Assembly (NCBI GenBank): GCA_003568775.1
Contig: MWMI01000001.1
Coordinates: 60,001-92,000 of the forward strand
Direction: 5' to 3'
From: Candidatus Nanoclepta minutus
Lineage (GTDB): Archaea > Nanobdellota > Nanobdellia > Nanobdellales > Nanobdellaceae
DNA: 32,000 nucleotides
Shown here: positions 1 to 9,001 of the stretch, one piece after another
Numbering within the stretch: the first letter of the stretch is position 1
Layout of the letters: each line of letters opens with the position of its first letter
Notes under the pieces: model-generated
The model's input: only the letters and a program-made list of their open reading frames with translations
Databases searched by the model: none
Told to the model about the DNA's origin: nothing
Program-made: the position numbers and the translations under genes

Positions 1-203
1 CGTCCTCCTATTTGTTTGGATTAGGAGACAAAATATGGAAGGGTGCTATAGTTTCTTCGGATTGTAGTATGTATTCGGGATATGTTAGATGTATGCTTGA
101 TTATAAATACCTGATTAATCAAGGTTTTCTATTTCCTGTAAAGCTAACTGTTATTGTTAATTATGATGGAGAAAGGTCTGAAGTAGTCCTAAAGGCAAAA
201 TAG
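1..203 (+). CDS. 3' end of an unknown ORF that is open to the left window edge
   Basis: The frame of track ORF 12..203 has no stop back to position 3, and the track start is a TTG. It is therefore probably the C-terminus of a gene starting upstream. No motif recognised. Confidence 0.35.
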   Translation, partial: SSYLFGLGDKIWKGAIVSSDCSMYSGYVRCMLDYKYLINQGFLFPVKLTVIVNYDGERSEVVLKAK

Positions 204-234
204 TTTTTCATAACATAAATAATCAATATATATA

Positions 235-1269
235 ATGGACATTGGGGAAATGTTAAACATCCTATTGGCCGTATTTGTTATACTAATATCAATATTTTTG
301 GCATTAGAACTGCCCTATTTATCCTTGAAATATTCTACTAATTCAAATCCCTTTGCTATATATCATGTTGCAGTTTCTTTAGACTATTTTTCTTCCTTTC
401 CTGGAAACTTTTATGTAAAAATAGATTATCCAGGTATAGAAAATGTAGAATTTAGGATATCCAGTTATAAAATACAAAATAATTTAATTACTGGAAATTC
501 ATATGTTTCTGAAGGTATTTGTAATATAAAGAATCATCTTGAAGATATAGCCTTCGATATTATTACATCTGTAATGTTTGCATTTTCTCCAATTAAATTA
601 GAAGGAGAAGGGGCGGTAAAATCTGCTACAGAAGCTATTATAAAGACCTTGATTGAAGCTAGTAGAGTTTATGCTATTGGTGAAATACTTTCTCTTGGAT
701 TTACAGCTTTTGGTTATATAGCTTCCGGTAACTTTATGGATGCTTTTAGGAACTTTGTCTTAAGGGTTAATAGAGACAGTATCGGATATTTTAGGGATAT
801 TGTAATTGAAAAAGGTACTCAATTTACGGAGACTGCTGGTAGGATGATTGTTTCTACTGTTATAAGGCTAATATTGAAATCCCTTAACGTAATGGGACCA
901 TGGGGATGGGTTATTTCCTTTACGGCTAATCTAGCTATAAGTTTAGCCGATAACGTATATAGCCTGGTAAGGGGGAATTCGGATGTAGAATACAACTGTT
1001 TAAAGGGTATTGTTGGAACAACGCAATACGTTTACGTAGAATTTAATAGGATAGACTTCTCTCAAAACCTTTATGTACCAATAGAATTCCAATATGTTAT
1101 TAAGGATGATCTGGTTTTAAGTAGAGTTGAAGGAGGTTGGTTGTATAAAGTTTATACAATGGACGAAAGTACAGATAAATATTATATACTAAATTACTTT
1201 GAGATCTCTAAGGATAGGGAAAGGATATTCGTTAGGCCAATTTATTCTGAAATAGCTAAAAGTAAATGA
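235..1269 (+). CDS. hypothetical membrane-anchored protein (344 aa)
   Basis: The long ORF has an N-terminal hydrophobic helix (MLNILLAVFVILISIFLAL) and further hydrophobic segments mid-protein. An AT-rich TATA-like tract lies upstream. Its stop overlaps the next start (ATGA at 1266-1269). No family recognised. Confidence 0.6.
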   Translation: MDIGEMLNILLAVFVILISIFLALELPYLSLKYSTNSNPFAIYHVAVSLDYFSSFPGNFYVKIDYPGIENVEFRISSYKIQNNLITGNSYVSEGICNIKNHLEDIAFDIITSVMFAFSPIKLEGEGAVKSATEAIIKTLIEASRVYAIGEILSLGFTAFGYIASGNFMDAFRNFVLRVNRDSIGYFRDIVIEKGTQFTETAGRMIVSTVIRLILKSLNVMGPWGWVISFTANLAISLADNVYSLVRGNSDVEYNCLKGIVGTTQYVYVEFNRIDFSQNLYVPIEFQYVIKDDLVLSRVEGGWLYKVYTMDESTDKYYILNYFEISKDRERIFVRPIYSEIAKSK

Positions 1270-2177
1270 TGAGAGGGATTTCTATATCTGATATAGTACT
1301 ATATATAATAGCAACGGTAGTAATAGTCGGACTATCTTTTTACTTTGCTTTTTTTATAAGTGCGCAATATTCCGTATCTTTAAATTCAGATACGTATCTT
1401 TTATTTTTAAATAGCCTATATTCCTATAGGATAAACTATTGCTTATACAACATTACATCTAATCCCACCTATCTATTCTTCTTCCTTAAGGATATGGATT
1501 TTTCCAACATAAAAGGAATACATAACTGTTTTAGTAAAGTTATAACAAACGTTAGAGTTCTAGAAGGCAATTATTCTACCTATTCAGATGATGACTTGAA
1601 GAGACTCAGTTTGTCCATATGTGGCCAGGAGGATAGTAATTTCATAAGTTTTATAGAAAATAATTACAAAAATTGTGATATATTGATTTATAGAGAAAAG
1701 AACATTTCTTCAGTTCCAATATTTTCGTATTACGATATATATAACTCTAAGCTGGGATGGATAACTGAAACTGCAAGATCTCTCCTCGATCAGGAAGAAT
1801 CTCAGAAAGGTTTTTTGGAAGGATTACTAGAGAATATCTTTAAGGTTGTTTCTCCTATTGGTTATTTAGCATACGAGTATCTTAAGGATTACTATAAAAA
1901 CTTACTATTTGAGAGCTTGAAGACTAGTTCTGAAACCTTCATCAGCTGTAATTTGGATAGGGAATATTCAATATTTCCACTATATTCGGTTCAGAATCTG
2001 GTTGTTGATACTAATAGAAGACTATACGTCCTTTCGACTATGCAGTTTAGTAAAGTAAAGAGTTCTGGGAATTATATTATTATGATAGTTAACCATACAA
2101 ATAGGAAAATAGATTTTATATCTCTCTCTTCTCTTCGAAGTGGCTGTATATCAATACCCCAGAATATGCCAGTATAA
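1266..2177 (+). CDS. hypothetical protein with class III (prepilin-like) signal-peptide pattern (303 aa)
   Basis: The N-terminus MMRG/ISISDIVLYIIATVVIVGL has a short basic n-region, Gly at -1, Asp at +5 and then about 20 hydrophobic residues. It is translationally coupled to the upstream ORF. The rest of the protein is unrecognised. Confidence 0.55.
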   Translation: MMRGISISDIVLYIIATVVIVGLSFYFAFFISAQYSVSLNSDTYLLFLNSLYSYRINYCLYNITSNPTYLFFFLKDMDFSNIKGIHNCFSKVITNVRVLEGNYSTYSDDDLKRLSLSICGQEDSNFISFIENNYKNCDILIYREKNISSVPIFSYYDIYNSKLGWITETARSLLDQEESQKGFLEGLLENIFKVVSPIGYLAYEYLKDYYKNLLFESLKTSSETFISCNLDREYSIFPLYSVQNLVVDTNRRLYVLSTMQFSKVKSSGNYIIMIVNHTNRKIDFISLSSLRSGCISIPQNMPV

Positions 2178-2209
2178 GCTTTATATTATAAGTAGACGTT
2201 ATAAGAAAT

Positions 2210-2665
2210 ATGAGGAGTTTTATATCCTTCTTCTTGGTATTACTTTTCGTTATAGCCCTTATAATCTTTCTATTTATTATATTGTTACAGTCTACTTCTC
2301 AGATTCCTGCTATTGTTTCTGAGGAGATTAAGCTTATGGAATCAGGTTTCCTTATAAAAAATGTGAATAGTTTGTTAGCATCTAAAACGATGTATGTGCC
2401 TTATGTTTATGTTCCTATGATAGATCTAATGATAGCTGTGAACTTTGCAGATATTCAACATATAAAATCTAATGCAAACCTTACTATAAATAAGACGATG
2501 GAGTATTACATCAATAAGAACCTGAGTTTTGGGTACTGCACATCCGAAGAATGCTATAATTGTAAGATAGCCCTAACTTATCCCACCAAATATGGGAGCT
2601 TTAGGATGTGTCAAGTAGATTTTTCATCAATAACGGCTGTAGGAACTCTATGTAAGGAAAAATGA
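2210..2665 (+). CDS. hypothetical small N-terminally anchored protein (151 aa)
   Basis: The N-terminus is MRSFISFFLVLLFVIALIIFLFIILL, and the C-terminal half has several Cys residues. Its stop overlaps the next start (ATGA at 2662-2665). Confidence 0.55.
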   Translation: MRSFISFFLVLLFVIALIIFLFIILLQSTSQIPAIVSEEIKLMESGFLIKNVNSLLASKTMYVPYVYVPMIDLMIAVNFADIQHIKSNANLTINKTMEYYINKNLSFGYCTSEECYNCKIALTYPTKYGSFRMCQVDFSSITAVGTLCKEK

Positions 2666-4311
2666 AAAATACTTCTTACCCTGCTATAGCATTATTAGTT
2701 TCAGTTTTTATACTTATTGTATCTTTTGCTCTAACAAGTTTAGGGATGAGAAATTACCTGGAAAAACAGAGGGAGTTTGGTAAAGAGATTTTAAACGAAT
2801 TCAACAGTTACAACGCCCTTCAGTACTATTTATATGTTCTATCCGATTATGAATCTAGGAAAGCCTTTTTCAATGCTTTATATGAGAAATTTTATTTTTC
2901 TTTAGATCAAAATTACTATTTAGACATAAGGAAGCTTAATGAAGGAATATTAAGTGGTTTTTATAGTTGTAATAACTTTACTACCTATTATCTAATTGAT
3001 AATAATTTAGTTATTTACCCATGTATAAGGCCTATACCTCTACAGGATTTCTATAAGAACCTAAACCTACTCTTTGTTAACTCTATAATATATAAATTTA
3101 GACCTCAGGAACATTTGGATAGTATAAAGAAATATTATGGAGTTAATATAGAATTTTTGGGTAAAAATGCCTGGATAGGGGAAGACGTATTTTCCTTATC
3201 TCAGGGTGTAAATTATTCATATTTTTCGGATATTTATCAAAGAAACCTATCTTTATGGGTAAATTATAGTGTAATACCTTCTATTTATATGTATAATTTG
3301 TTAATAGCTTACGAATACTATTATAAGTTCTATTTACCTTATATTCAATTCTTAAGGGGTCTTTATAGCTCATATGAAAACCCAGTGTTTATTTATAACA
3401 GTGTAGATAGGTTTTTTGAAACTTCAAATGTTAAGTATTATAAAAAATTGGGGGATTATGTTTTGATATTTAATAAAACTGAAGAAAAGGTTTTAACAAA
3501 CTTACAAGAAGTATTAAATCTATATAATGTAAAAGAAGGAAAAGGAGAGATATCCTTAAAGATTATAACGGAATATCCAATGTTTTGCTGGCATTTTGGT
3601 CAGGAAGCTAGTGGAAGGGTAGGTTATAGATATAAGGATGGATGTTTAATACCTACTTTACCTCCAGAAGTTAAGCATACGCATGACTATTTTATCGAAG
3701 AATGCCTTCTTCCGGATAGCAATTATACAACGATGGACGATAATCTAATTAATTTAGAAATTTCTAGATTGTACTTTTACAACTTTAAGTTCTTTGATCA
3801 TCCTATAACCTTTTTGGGTCTGGGAAATTTAGAAGGATTCCTAGGAGCTGATATCACTAAGCTCAAAGAAATTGAGGACAAATATAAGGATTATTTGTGG
3901 CCTTCAGATGGAAAATTAGATGGTCTAGTCCTAGTAAAAATAGGAGAATTCTACCCATTGAGATGCAGAATAGGCTATAATGTTAACTCGGAGGATTTTG
4001 ATAATCAAGCGGACTGTTATTATAGAAAGAATGAGTTGATCAACGATGCACCTTATAGAAATTACATTGAAATTTGGGATGATTGTGGTTGTATAGAACC
4101 TGTGACAAGAGTAGTTCGTAAAAAAGTATGTGATGAAAATGGGGAATGCCGTCCGGATTGTCATGAAGAACAAGACTGTCTTAGGTGGGAATTAGTATGG
4201 GCTATTAGGTCTAAAAACGTTTCTTTAACTAAAGATATAAGCTCAATAGGATTTATGATCTACTGGCCTTCAAGTTTATTGTACGAATTAAATAACTTAA
4301 GGAGTTCATAA
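2662..4311 (+). CDS. hypothetical large N-terminally anchored, C-terminally Cys-rich protein (549 aa)
   Basis: The N-terminus MKNTSYPAIALLVSVFILIVSFALT is hydrophobic. Eight Cys residues fall within about 80 residues near the C-terminus (LRC..ADC..DDCGC..KVC..GEC..PDC..QDC). The body is rich in Tyr and Asn, with several N-x-S/T sequons. No family recognised. Confidence 0.6.
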   Translation: MKNTSYPAIALLVSVFILIVSFALTSLGMRNYLEKQREFGKEILNEFNSYNALQYYLYVLSDYESRKAFFNALYEKFYFSLDQNYYLDIRKLNEGILSGFYSCNNFTTYYLIDNNLVIYPCIRPIPLQDFYKNLNLLFVNSIIYKFRPQEHLDSIKKYYGVNIEFLGKNAWIGEDVFSLSQGVNYSYFSDIYQRNLSLWVNYSVIPSIYMYNLLIAYEYYYKFYLPYIQFLRGLYSSYENPVFIYNSVDRFFETSNVKYYKKLGDYVLIFNKTEEKVLTNLQEVLNLYNVKEGKGEISLKIITEYPMFCWHFGQEASGRVGYRYKDGCLIPTLPPEVKHTHDYFIEECLLPDSNYTTMDDNLINLEISRLYFYNFKFFDHPITFLGLGNLEGFLGADITKLKEIEDKYKDYLWPSDGKLDGLVLVKIGEFYPLRCRIGYNVNSEDFDNQADCYYRKNELINDAPYRNYIEIWDDCGCIEPVTRVVRKKVCDENGECRPDCHEEQDCLRWELVWAIRSKNVSLTKDISSIGFMIYWPSSLLYELNNLRSS

Positions 4312-4871
4312 TAGAATCTTCCCATATACACTCTACTTCTTAATAACTTTTTATTAGCCTCATTTACTAATTCTTTTAAGTATTCTTCAGTTAATAATAG
4401 CTTTCCATTTTTCGATACAATAGTTTCGATTTTTTCGTTTCCAATTATTTCAGTAATAACTCTATTTTTCTTTAAAGATATTATACCAGAATGCTTTAAT
4501 CCAACTTTTGAAGAAATCTTTAATAATATATTTGCATATTTCAAGTTCTTACATACAACATGTATTATGAAAGGTTCTTGCTTAAACCAAATGTTCTCAT
4601 ATTTGTTATAATTTTCTAGAACGGTGTTCCATACTTCATCAAACTTTACAACCTGATGAGACTTGAATATGAATGCTTTTTCCTGTTTTTTTAGGTTATC
4701 GGGAGTTCTTATCAATACTATCCTCCCAGCACATGAAGATGTTGTAAAGAAGGCATCAAATCGGTTTATTATTTTTATAATATGGATTATTTCTCTATCT
4801 ACTTTACCCTCTCTAATATGTTCCTCAAGCTTCCTTATATGAAACTCTTTTAATTTATAGAACTCTAACAT
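4260..4871 (-). CDS. taw3: tRNA wyosine-derivative methyltransferase Taw3 (TYW3 family)
   Basis: The protein is 203 aa. The motif TTSSCAGR matches the TYW3/Taw3 signature (S/T)xSSCxGR, and size and layout are typical of archaeal Taw3. Confidence 0.75.
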   Translation of the reverse strand: MLEFYKLKEFHIRKLEEHIREGKVDREIIHIIKIINRFDAFFTTSSCAGRIVLIRTPDNLKKQEKAFIFKSHQVVKFDEVWNTVLENYNKYENIWFKQEPFIIHVVCKNLKYANILLKISSKVGLKHSGIISLKKNRVITEIIGNEKIETIVSKNGKLLLTEEYLKELVNEANKKLLRSRVYMGRFYYELLKLFNSYNKLEGQ

Positions 4872-4876
4872 TTATA

Positions 4877-5338
4877 ATGAATAGGAAGGAGAAAATAATA
4901 ATAAACCTCATGTTCCTAGCATTCGTTCTACCCGTTGTCGGACTTTTGGTATACGGTTATACGAAGGTTGTATCAATAGTTCAAAAGAACCCTCTAAATC
5001 CCCTCGGATTACAGATAGACTGTTATATATATCAGAATAAGATAGTTTTTAATCTGTTAAATCCTTCAAATGAAAGTTATCAGATTTCTATAACGGATAT
5101 TAGGATCAGGGGAAGCTATGCTAATCCTGCAATAGTTACTTCTGGTAGTTTCATTGGTAGGGTAATAAGTATCCCTTCAAATTCTTCTATTCAGTTAGAA
5201 TATGACTTTTCCCTTAATAATAACATTATGAATATAGTGAGAACATGGGAGAAGCTTGGGGGAGGTCTTACGATCTCTATGGACTATGAAGATTTAAAAA
5301 AAGGATTGAGTGGGGTTTTGATATGTAGTAAGCCTTAA
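4877..5338 (+). CDS. hypothetical N-terminally anchored protein (153 aa)
   Basis: MNRKEKIIINLMFLAFVLPVVGLLVYGY gives a basic n-region followed by a hydrophobic helix. The remainder looks beta-rich and carries N-x-S sequons. No family recognised. Confidence 0.5.
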   Translation: MNRKEKIIINLMFLAFVLPVVGLLVYGYTKVVSIVQKNPLNPLGLQIDCYIYQNKIVFNLLNPSNESYQISITDIRIRGSYANPAIVTSGSFIGRVISIPSNSSIQLEYDFSLNNNIMNIVRTWEKLGGGLTISMDYEDLKKGLSGVLICSKP

Positions 5339-6519
5339 ACTCTATCTAGATCCTTTATAGTATATATATTTATCTTTGGGTGCTTCTTTATAATCGAATC
5401 TAGACATATTATATATTTTACGTTTCCTTTCGATAGGTTATCCAATAGTTCTCTAGATAGAACTGTATCCATTACTATATAAGCCGTATTCGGGTACTGT
5501 TCAACTGCATCCGAGACTTTTTGTATTGGTAGTTTTGTTAGTATGTTAAAGTTTTCATCTAATAGCACAACCTGTCCACTCTTAAATATTCCTTCAGCTA
5601 TCTGCTTTAATTTCTGCAATATAGGATCTTTTATCTTCTTTTGTTCTCTAAATGTCTTAACTTCTTCTATACTTCCCTCTAATTTCTCATAATAAGATTT
5701 TACCTGTTCAAATGGTATTTTATTCTTTAATACCTTTAGTATCTCCTTTCTTGATAATTCCTCTACCTCTGTTCCTGTAGGAGCCTTAGCTACAAAGTCT
5801 ATGTCTACTCCATTCAGCATTAGTTCCTTTATTAACAAATCTCCAGCTCTATCTCCATCGAATAAAGTTGTTATTATTTTTTTCTTCGATAAATCTACTA
5901 TCGTTTTTGGTACATTTAATCCATTCAATGCTATTACGTTTTTTATTCCATACTTCAGTAGGTTCAATATATCTGCTCTACCCTCTACTACTATTATTTC
6001 CTCAGCCTTTTCTATTTCTGGGCCTGCTGGTAACTTTTCAGGTCCGTATTCTATTAGTGATTTCATTTTTTCTGAGTATTCTAGGTACATCAGTAGTTCC
6101 TTTGTATCTGGAAGCTCTTCGGTCACTAGTTTGGTTAGGAGGTCTCTAGATCTACTTAGTATATACTGAACCTTTGCCTTCCTTATATTCTCTATCCTAT
6201 CTACTTTTATTGTAGCATATGCTGGTCCTATTCTGTTAACGGTTTCTAAGGCTGCTGCTATTAAGGAAGTCTCAAACCTATTTAGGCTAGTTGGTACTAT
6301 TAATTCCCCATATGTCTTCTTACCTTCAACTTTTAGCTTTACATCTATCCTTCCTATTTTACCGGATCTCTGTAGCTCTCTAAGATCTAACTCTGGCCCT
6401 AATAGTCCCTCAGTTTGCCCGAATATAGCCCCTATTACATCAGATTTCTCTACTACCCCCTCTATGTAAACATTAGCATATATTAGGTACTTTATGTATG
6501 GAGGTGATACCTTCGCCAT
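5335..6519 (-). CDS. dnaG: archaeal DnaG (Toprim-domain primase-like, exosome-associated)
   Basis: The N-terminal block GVVEKSDVIGAIFGQTEGLLGPELDLRELQRSGKIGRI is characteristic of archaeal DnaG. The Toprim region is present (IIVVEGRADILNL ... LFDGDRAGD). Length is 394 aa. Confidence 0.85.
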   Translation of the reverse strand: MAKVSPPYIKYLIYANVYIEGVVEKSDVIGAIFGQTEGLLGPELDLRELQRSGKIGRIDVKLKVEGKKTYGELIVPTSLNRFETSLIAAALETVNRIGPAYATIKVDRIENIRKAKVQYILSRSRDLLTKLVTEELPDTKELLMYLEYSEKMKSLIEYGPEKLPAGPEIEKAEEIIVVEGRADILNLLKYGIKNVIALNGLNVPKTIVDLSKKKIITTLFDGDRAGDLLIKELMLNGVDIDFVAKAPTGTEVEELSRKEILKVLKNKIPFEQVKSYYEKLEGSIEEVKTFREQKKIKDPILQKLKQIAEGIFKSGQVVLLDENFNILTKLPIQKVSDAVEQYPNTAYIVMDTVLSRELLDNLSKGNVKYIICLDSIIKKHPKINIYTIKDLDRV

Positions 6520-6589
6520 ATATTATTTTTTTCAGAAAATATTTTAACGAAATTTCATATATAAGCTACAAATCCAATATATATATTTT

Positions 6590-7705
6590 ATGGGTGAGAG
6601 GGTTACTATAAGTGTTATTAAGGCAGATGTAGGGGGGCTAGTTGGGCACCATGTTGTTCATCCAGCACTAGAGGAGACAGCAGAGGGAGTTCTAGAGGAA
6701 GTAGTGGATGAATTAATTTACGATTATTTTGTAACACATGTTGGGGACGATCTAGTATTGATCATGACGCATGGAAAGGGTGAAGATAACTCAGAGATAC
6801 ATGGATTGGCATGGAAGGCTTTTCAAAAAGCAGCAAAGGTAGCTAAGGAACTTGGTTTATATGGTGCTGGACAAGATTTATTATCCGAAGCTTTCTCTGG
6901 TAACGTAAAGGGATTAGGACCAGGAGTTGCGGAGATGAGTATTACAGAGAGACCTTCAGAACCAGTAATAGTATTTGCTGCGGATAAGACGGAAGCAGGT
7001 GCATGGAACTTACCTTTGTTCAAGATGTTTGCTGATCCCTTTAATACTGCAGGATTAATTATAGACCCATCCATGCATCAGGGATTCAGGTTCGAAGTAT
7101 GGGATCTAGTAGAACATAAGAAAGTTGAATTATCCTGTCCGGAGGAAATGTACGACCTATTAGCCCTAATAGGATCCCCAGGAAGGTTTGCAATAAAAAG
7201 GGTATATCCAAAGCAGGGAAGTCCCATAGATCCTAATGAACCAGTAGCTGTAGCTTCTACGGAAAGGTTATATGAAATTGCAGGAAGATACGTTGGAAAG
7301 GACGATCCAGTCTTAGTTGTTAGAGCGCAACATGGTCTACCTGCTGTAGGAGAAGTTCTAGAAGCATTTGCATTTCCGCATCTGGTTGCCGGATGGATGA
7401 GAGGTTCCCATTGGGGACCACTAATGCCAGTTCCATTGGAATATGCAGCCCCAACGAGGTTTGATGGACCACCAAGGGTCATAGGATTAGGCTTCCAGAT
7501 AAAGGATGGAAGGCTAATAGGACCGGAGGATATGTTTGCGGATCCGGCTTTTGACTATGCTAGGGAGATGGCTAATAAGGTTGCAGATTACATGAGGAGG
7601 CATGGACCATTTGAACCCCATAGAGTTTCCTATCACGATCTAGAATATACTAGTATGCCTGCTGTATTAGAGAAACTTAAGGATAGATTTAGGCCTCTGG
7701 AATAG
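6590..7705 (+). CDS. fbp: bifunctional fructose-1,6-bisphosphate aldolase/phosphatase (class V FBPase)
   Basis: The N-terminus ISVIKADVGG..GHH..HP, THVGDDL..IMTH and the C-terminal GPFEPHR are hallmarks of archaeal FBP aldolase/phosphatase. Length is 371 aa. Confidence 0.95.
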   Translation: MGERVTISVIKADVGGLVGHHVVHPALEETAEGVLEEVVDELIYDYFVTHVGDDLVLIMTHGKGEDNSEIHGLAWKAFQKAAKVAKELGLYGAGQDLLSEAFSGNVKGLGPGVAEMSITERPSEPVIVFAADKTEAGAWNLPLFKMFADPFNTAGLIIDPSMHQGFRFEVWDLVEHKKVELSCPEEMYDLLALIGSPGRFAIKRVYPKQGSPIDPNEPVAVASTERLYEIAGRYVGKDDPVLVVRAQHGLPAVGEVLEAFAFPHLVAGWMRGSHWGPLMPVPLEYAAPTRFDGPPRVIGLGFQIKDGRLIGPEDMFADPAFDYAREMANKVADYMRRHGPFEPHRVSYHDLEYTSMPAVLEKLKDRFRPLE

Positions 7706-7706
7706 C

Positions 7707-7722
7707 TTTTATTTTTGTTTTT
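7707..7722 (+). terminator. oligo-T tract downstream of fbp (candidate archaeal terminator)
   Basis: The tract ttttatttttgttttt starts 2 nt after the fbp stop codon. Archaeal RNA polymerase terminates at oligo-T runs. This is a position-only argument. Confidence 0.3.
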
Positions 7723-7793
7723 ATAAAAAGTTTATCAATGCTTTATAGATGAATTAAATAACTTTTAAATCTTTTCTTGATTTGTATTTATGA

Positions 7794-8105
7794 ATGGGAA
7801 TGGAATACGTTTATGCAGCATTATTATTACATGAAGCAAAGAAGGAACTAAACGAGGCTAATATAAAGAAGGTATTGGAGGCAGCAGGTGTTGAGGTAAA
7901 TGAGGCTTTGATAAAGGCTCTATTAGCATCTTTAGAGGGTGTTGATATAGAAAAAATAAAGGAAGAGGCTCTAGTAATGCCTGCAGTAGTACAACCAGCT
8001 GCTCAACAAGAGGCGGTTAAGAAGGAAGAGAAAAAGGAAGAGAAGAAGGAGGAAAAGAAAGAAGAACAAGCAGTTGAAGGACTAGCAGCTTTGTTTGGAT
8101 TATAA
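7794..8105 (+). CDS. rpl12: 50S ribosomal stalk protein P1 (L12)
   Basis: [30 protein letters not shown], a K/E-rich hinge and the C-terminal GLAALFG are the canonical archaeal P1 layout. The true start may be the second ATG at 7800. A TATA-like acttttaaat lies about 26-30 nt upstream. Confidence 0.9.
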   Translation: MGMEYVYAALLLHEAKKELNEANIKKVLEAAGVEVNEALIKALLASLEGVDIEKIKEEALVMPAVVQPAAQQEAVKKEEKKEEKKEEKKEEQAVEGLAALFGL

Positions 8106-8140
8106 AGACTTTTAAATAAGAATAAACATTATAATCTAAA

Positions 8141-9001
8141 GTGGCAGAGTTAACAAGGATATATAGGGAGATAATAGTAAGTAGAAAAGAATTAGCTAAG
8201 CTAGGAGAAGAAAAGAAGGAATTATATGAAAAGAAGAAGCAACTATACACAGAAATAAAGGATTTAGTAGAGAGGCTGAAGAAACTTAGGCAGAAGAGGC
8301 AAGAATATACTAGTACTATAGATAAATTAATGGAGGAGAGAGCAAAGACATTAGAAGCAATTGATAAACTAAAGAAGGAAATTTCCGTTTATGATCAAAG
8401 GACTAAAGAGATAAATAAAAACAAGGACTTAATAGATAATATAAATAAGTATAAGAAGGAGCTAGAAACTTTAGAAAATGTTTTACAGACAGAAATATTG
8501 AGTTATTCTCAAGAAAAGAAGATATGGTATAGGATAAAATATCTAAGGAAGCTTTTAGGAAAATACGAAGAGCTATCGATATTTCTGAAGGAATTGGACG
8601 AAAAAAGAAAAGAAATGTCTGCTTTAAAGTCAAAGTTGGTAATAATAGGCACAAATATAAAGAAGAATATAGAGGAGAGGAAAAAGATAAAGGAAGAGAT
8701 AAAGAAAATAAAGGAAGAATTAAAGAAGAAAATTGATGAGTATAATCAAATAAAGAATAAAATAACAGAAATTAAACAAAAAATTTCTGAAATAGAAAAG
8801 AAGATGGAGGATCTTCTATCAAAATATGTAACTAATATTGAAAAATCTGAGGATATTTCAATTGAGAGTAAGGATAAAGAAGAGATATTACAGGCTTATA
8901 ATCAAATTCAGGAGAAGATAATGAATGGTGGAGAGATCACTATGGAAGAGATATTAATATTGCAAAAGTATGAAATTCTCAAAAAGCGAGGAATTATCTA
9001 A
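8141..9001 (+). CDS. conserved-type archaeal coiled-coil protein (COG1340-like), function unknown
   Basis: The 286-aa ORF has a GTG start and heptad-like K/E/L-rich sequence throughout. Its length and composition resemble the uncharacterised archaeal coiled-coil family. The family assignment is from memory and unverified. Confidence 0.55.
   Translation: MAELTRIYREIIVSRKELAKLGEEKKELYEKKKQLYTEIKDLVERLKKLRQKRQEYTSTIDKLMEERAKTLEAIDKLKKEISVYDQRTKEINKNKDLIDNINKYKKELETLENVLQTEILSYSQEKKIWYRIKYLRKLLGKYEELSIFLKELDEKRKEMSALKSKLVIIGTNIKKNIEERKKIKEEIKKIKEELKKKIDEYNQIKNKITEIKQKISEIEKKMEDLLSKYVTNIEKSEDISIESKDKEEILQAYNQIQEKIMNGGEITMEEILILQKYEILKKRGII

Noticed and set aside
2140-2322. Track ORF 2140-2322, which overlaps the end of 1266-2177 and the start of 2210-2665
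   Set aside because: It is out of frame with both flanking ORFs of the cluster. Other track ORFs treated the same way as overlapping or antisense shadows are 3931-4173, 8017-8250, 8403-8654, 10016-10258, 11066-11263, 14263-14601, 21594-21776, 21606-21815, 22923-23180, 23217-23423, 23393-23599, 27220-27474 and 30695-30904.
5801-6169. Two + strand track ORFs (5801-6169, 5868-6149) inside dnaG
   Set aside because: They lie antisense within a well-supported gene. Their translations are low-complexity and S/F/L-rich, as expected for shadow frames of AT-rich coding DNA.
6823-7482. Minus-strand track ORFs (6823-7074, 7078-7482) inside fbp
   Set aside because: They are shadow ORFs opposite a highly conserved enzyme gene. 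The locally higher G+C simply removes stop codons on the antisense strand.
6590-7705. fbp stands out as a much more GC-rich island (some 60-nt lines near 50% G+C), which could suggest recent horizontal acquisition
   Set aside because: Reading the codons shows that many synonymous sites still use the A/T-ending codons favoured by the neighbours (gga, cca, gca, gta, tta, aga). The excess G+C comes mainly from a Gly/Ala/Pro/Val-rich, highly constrained protein. Composition alone therefore does not support transfer, and a phylogeny would be needed.
8010-8075. Purine-rich aag/gaa repeat tract that looks like a tandem repeat
   Set aside because: It encodes the normal K/E-rich flexible hinge of ribosomal protein P1 ([16 protein letters not shown]), not a non-coding repeat.
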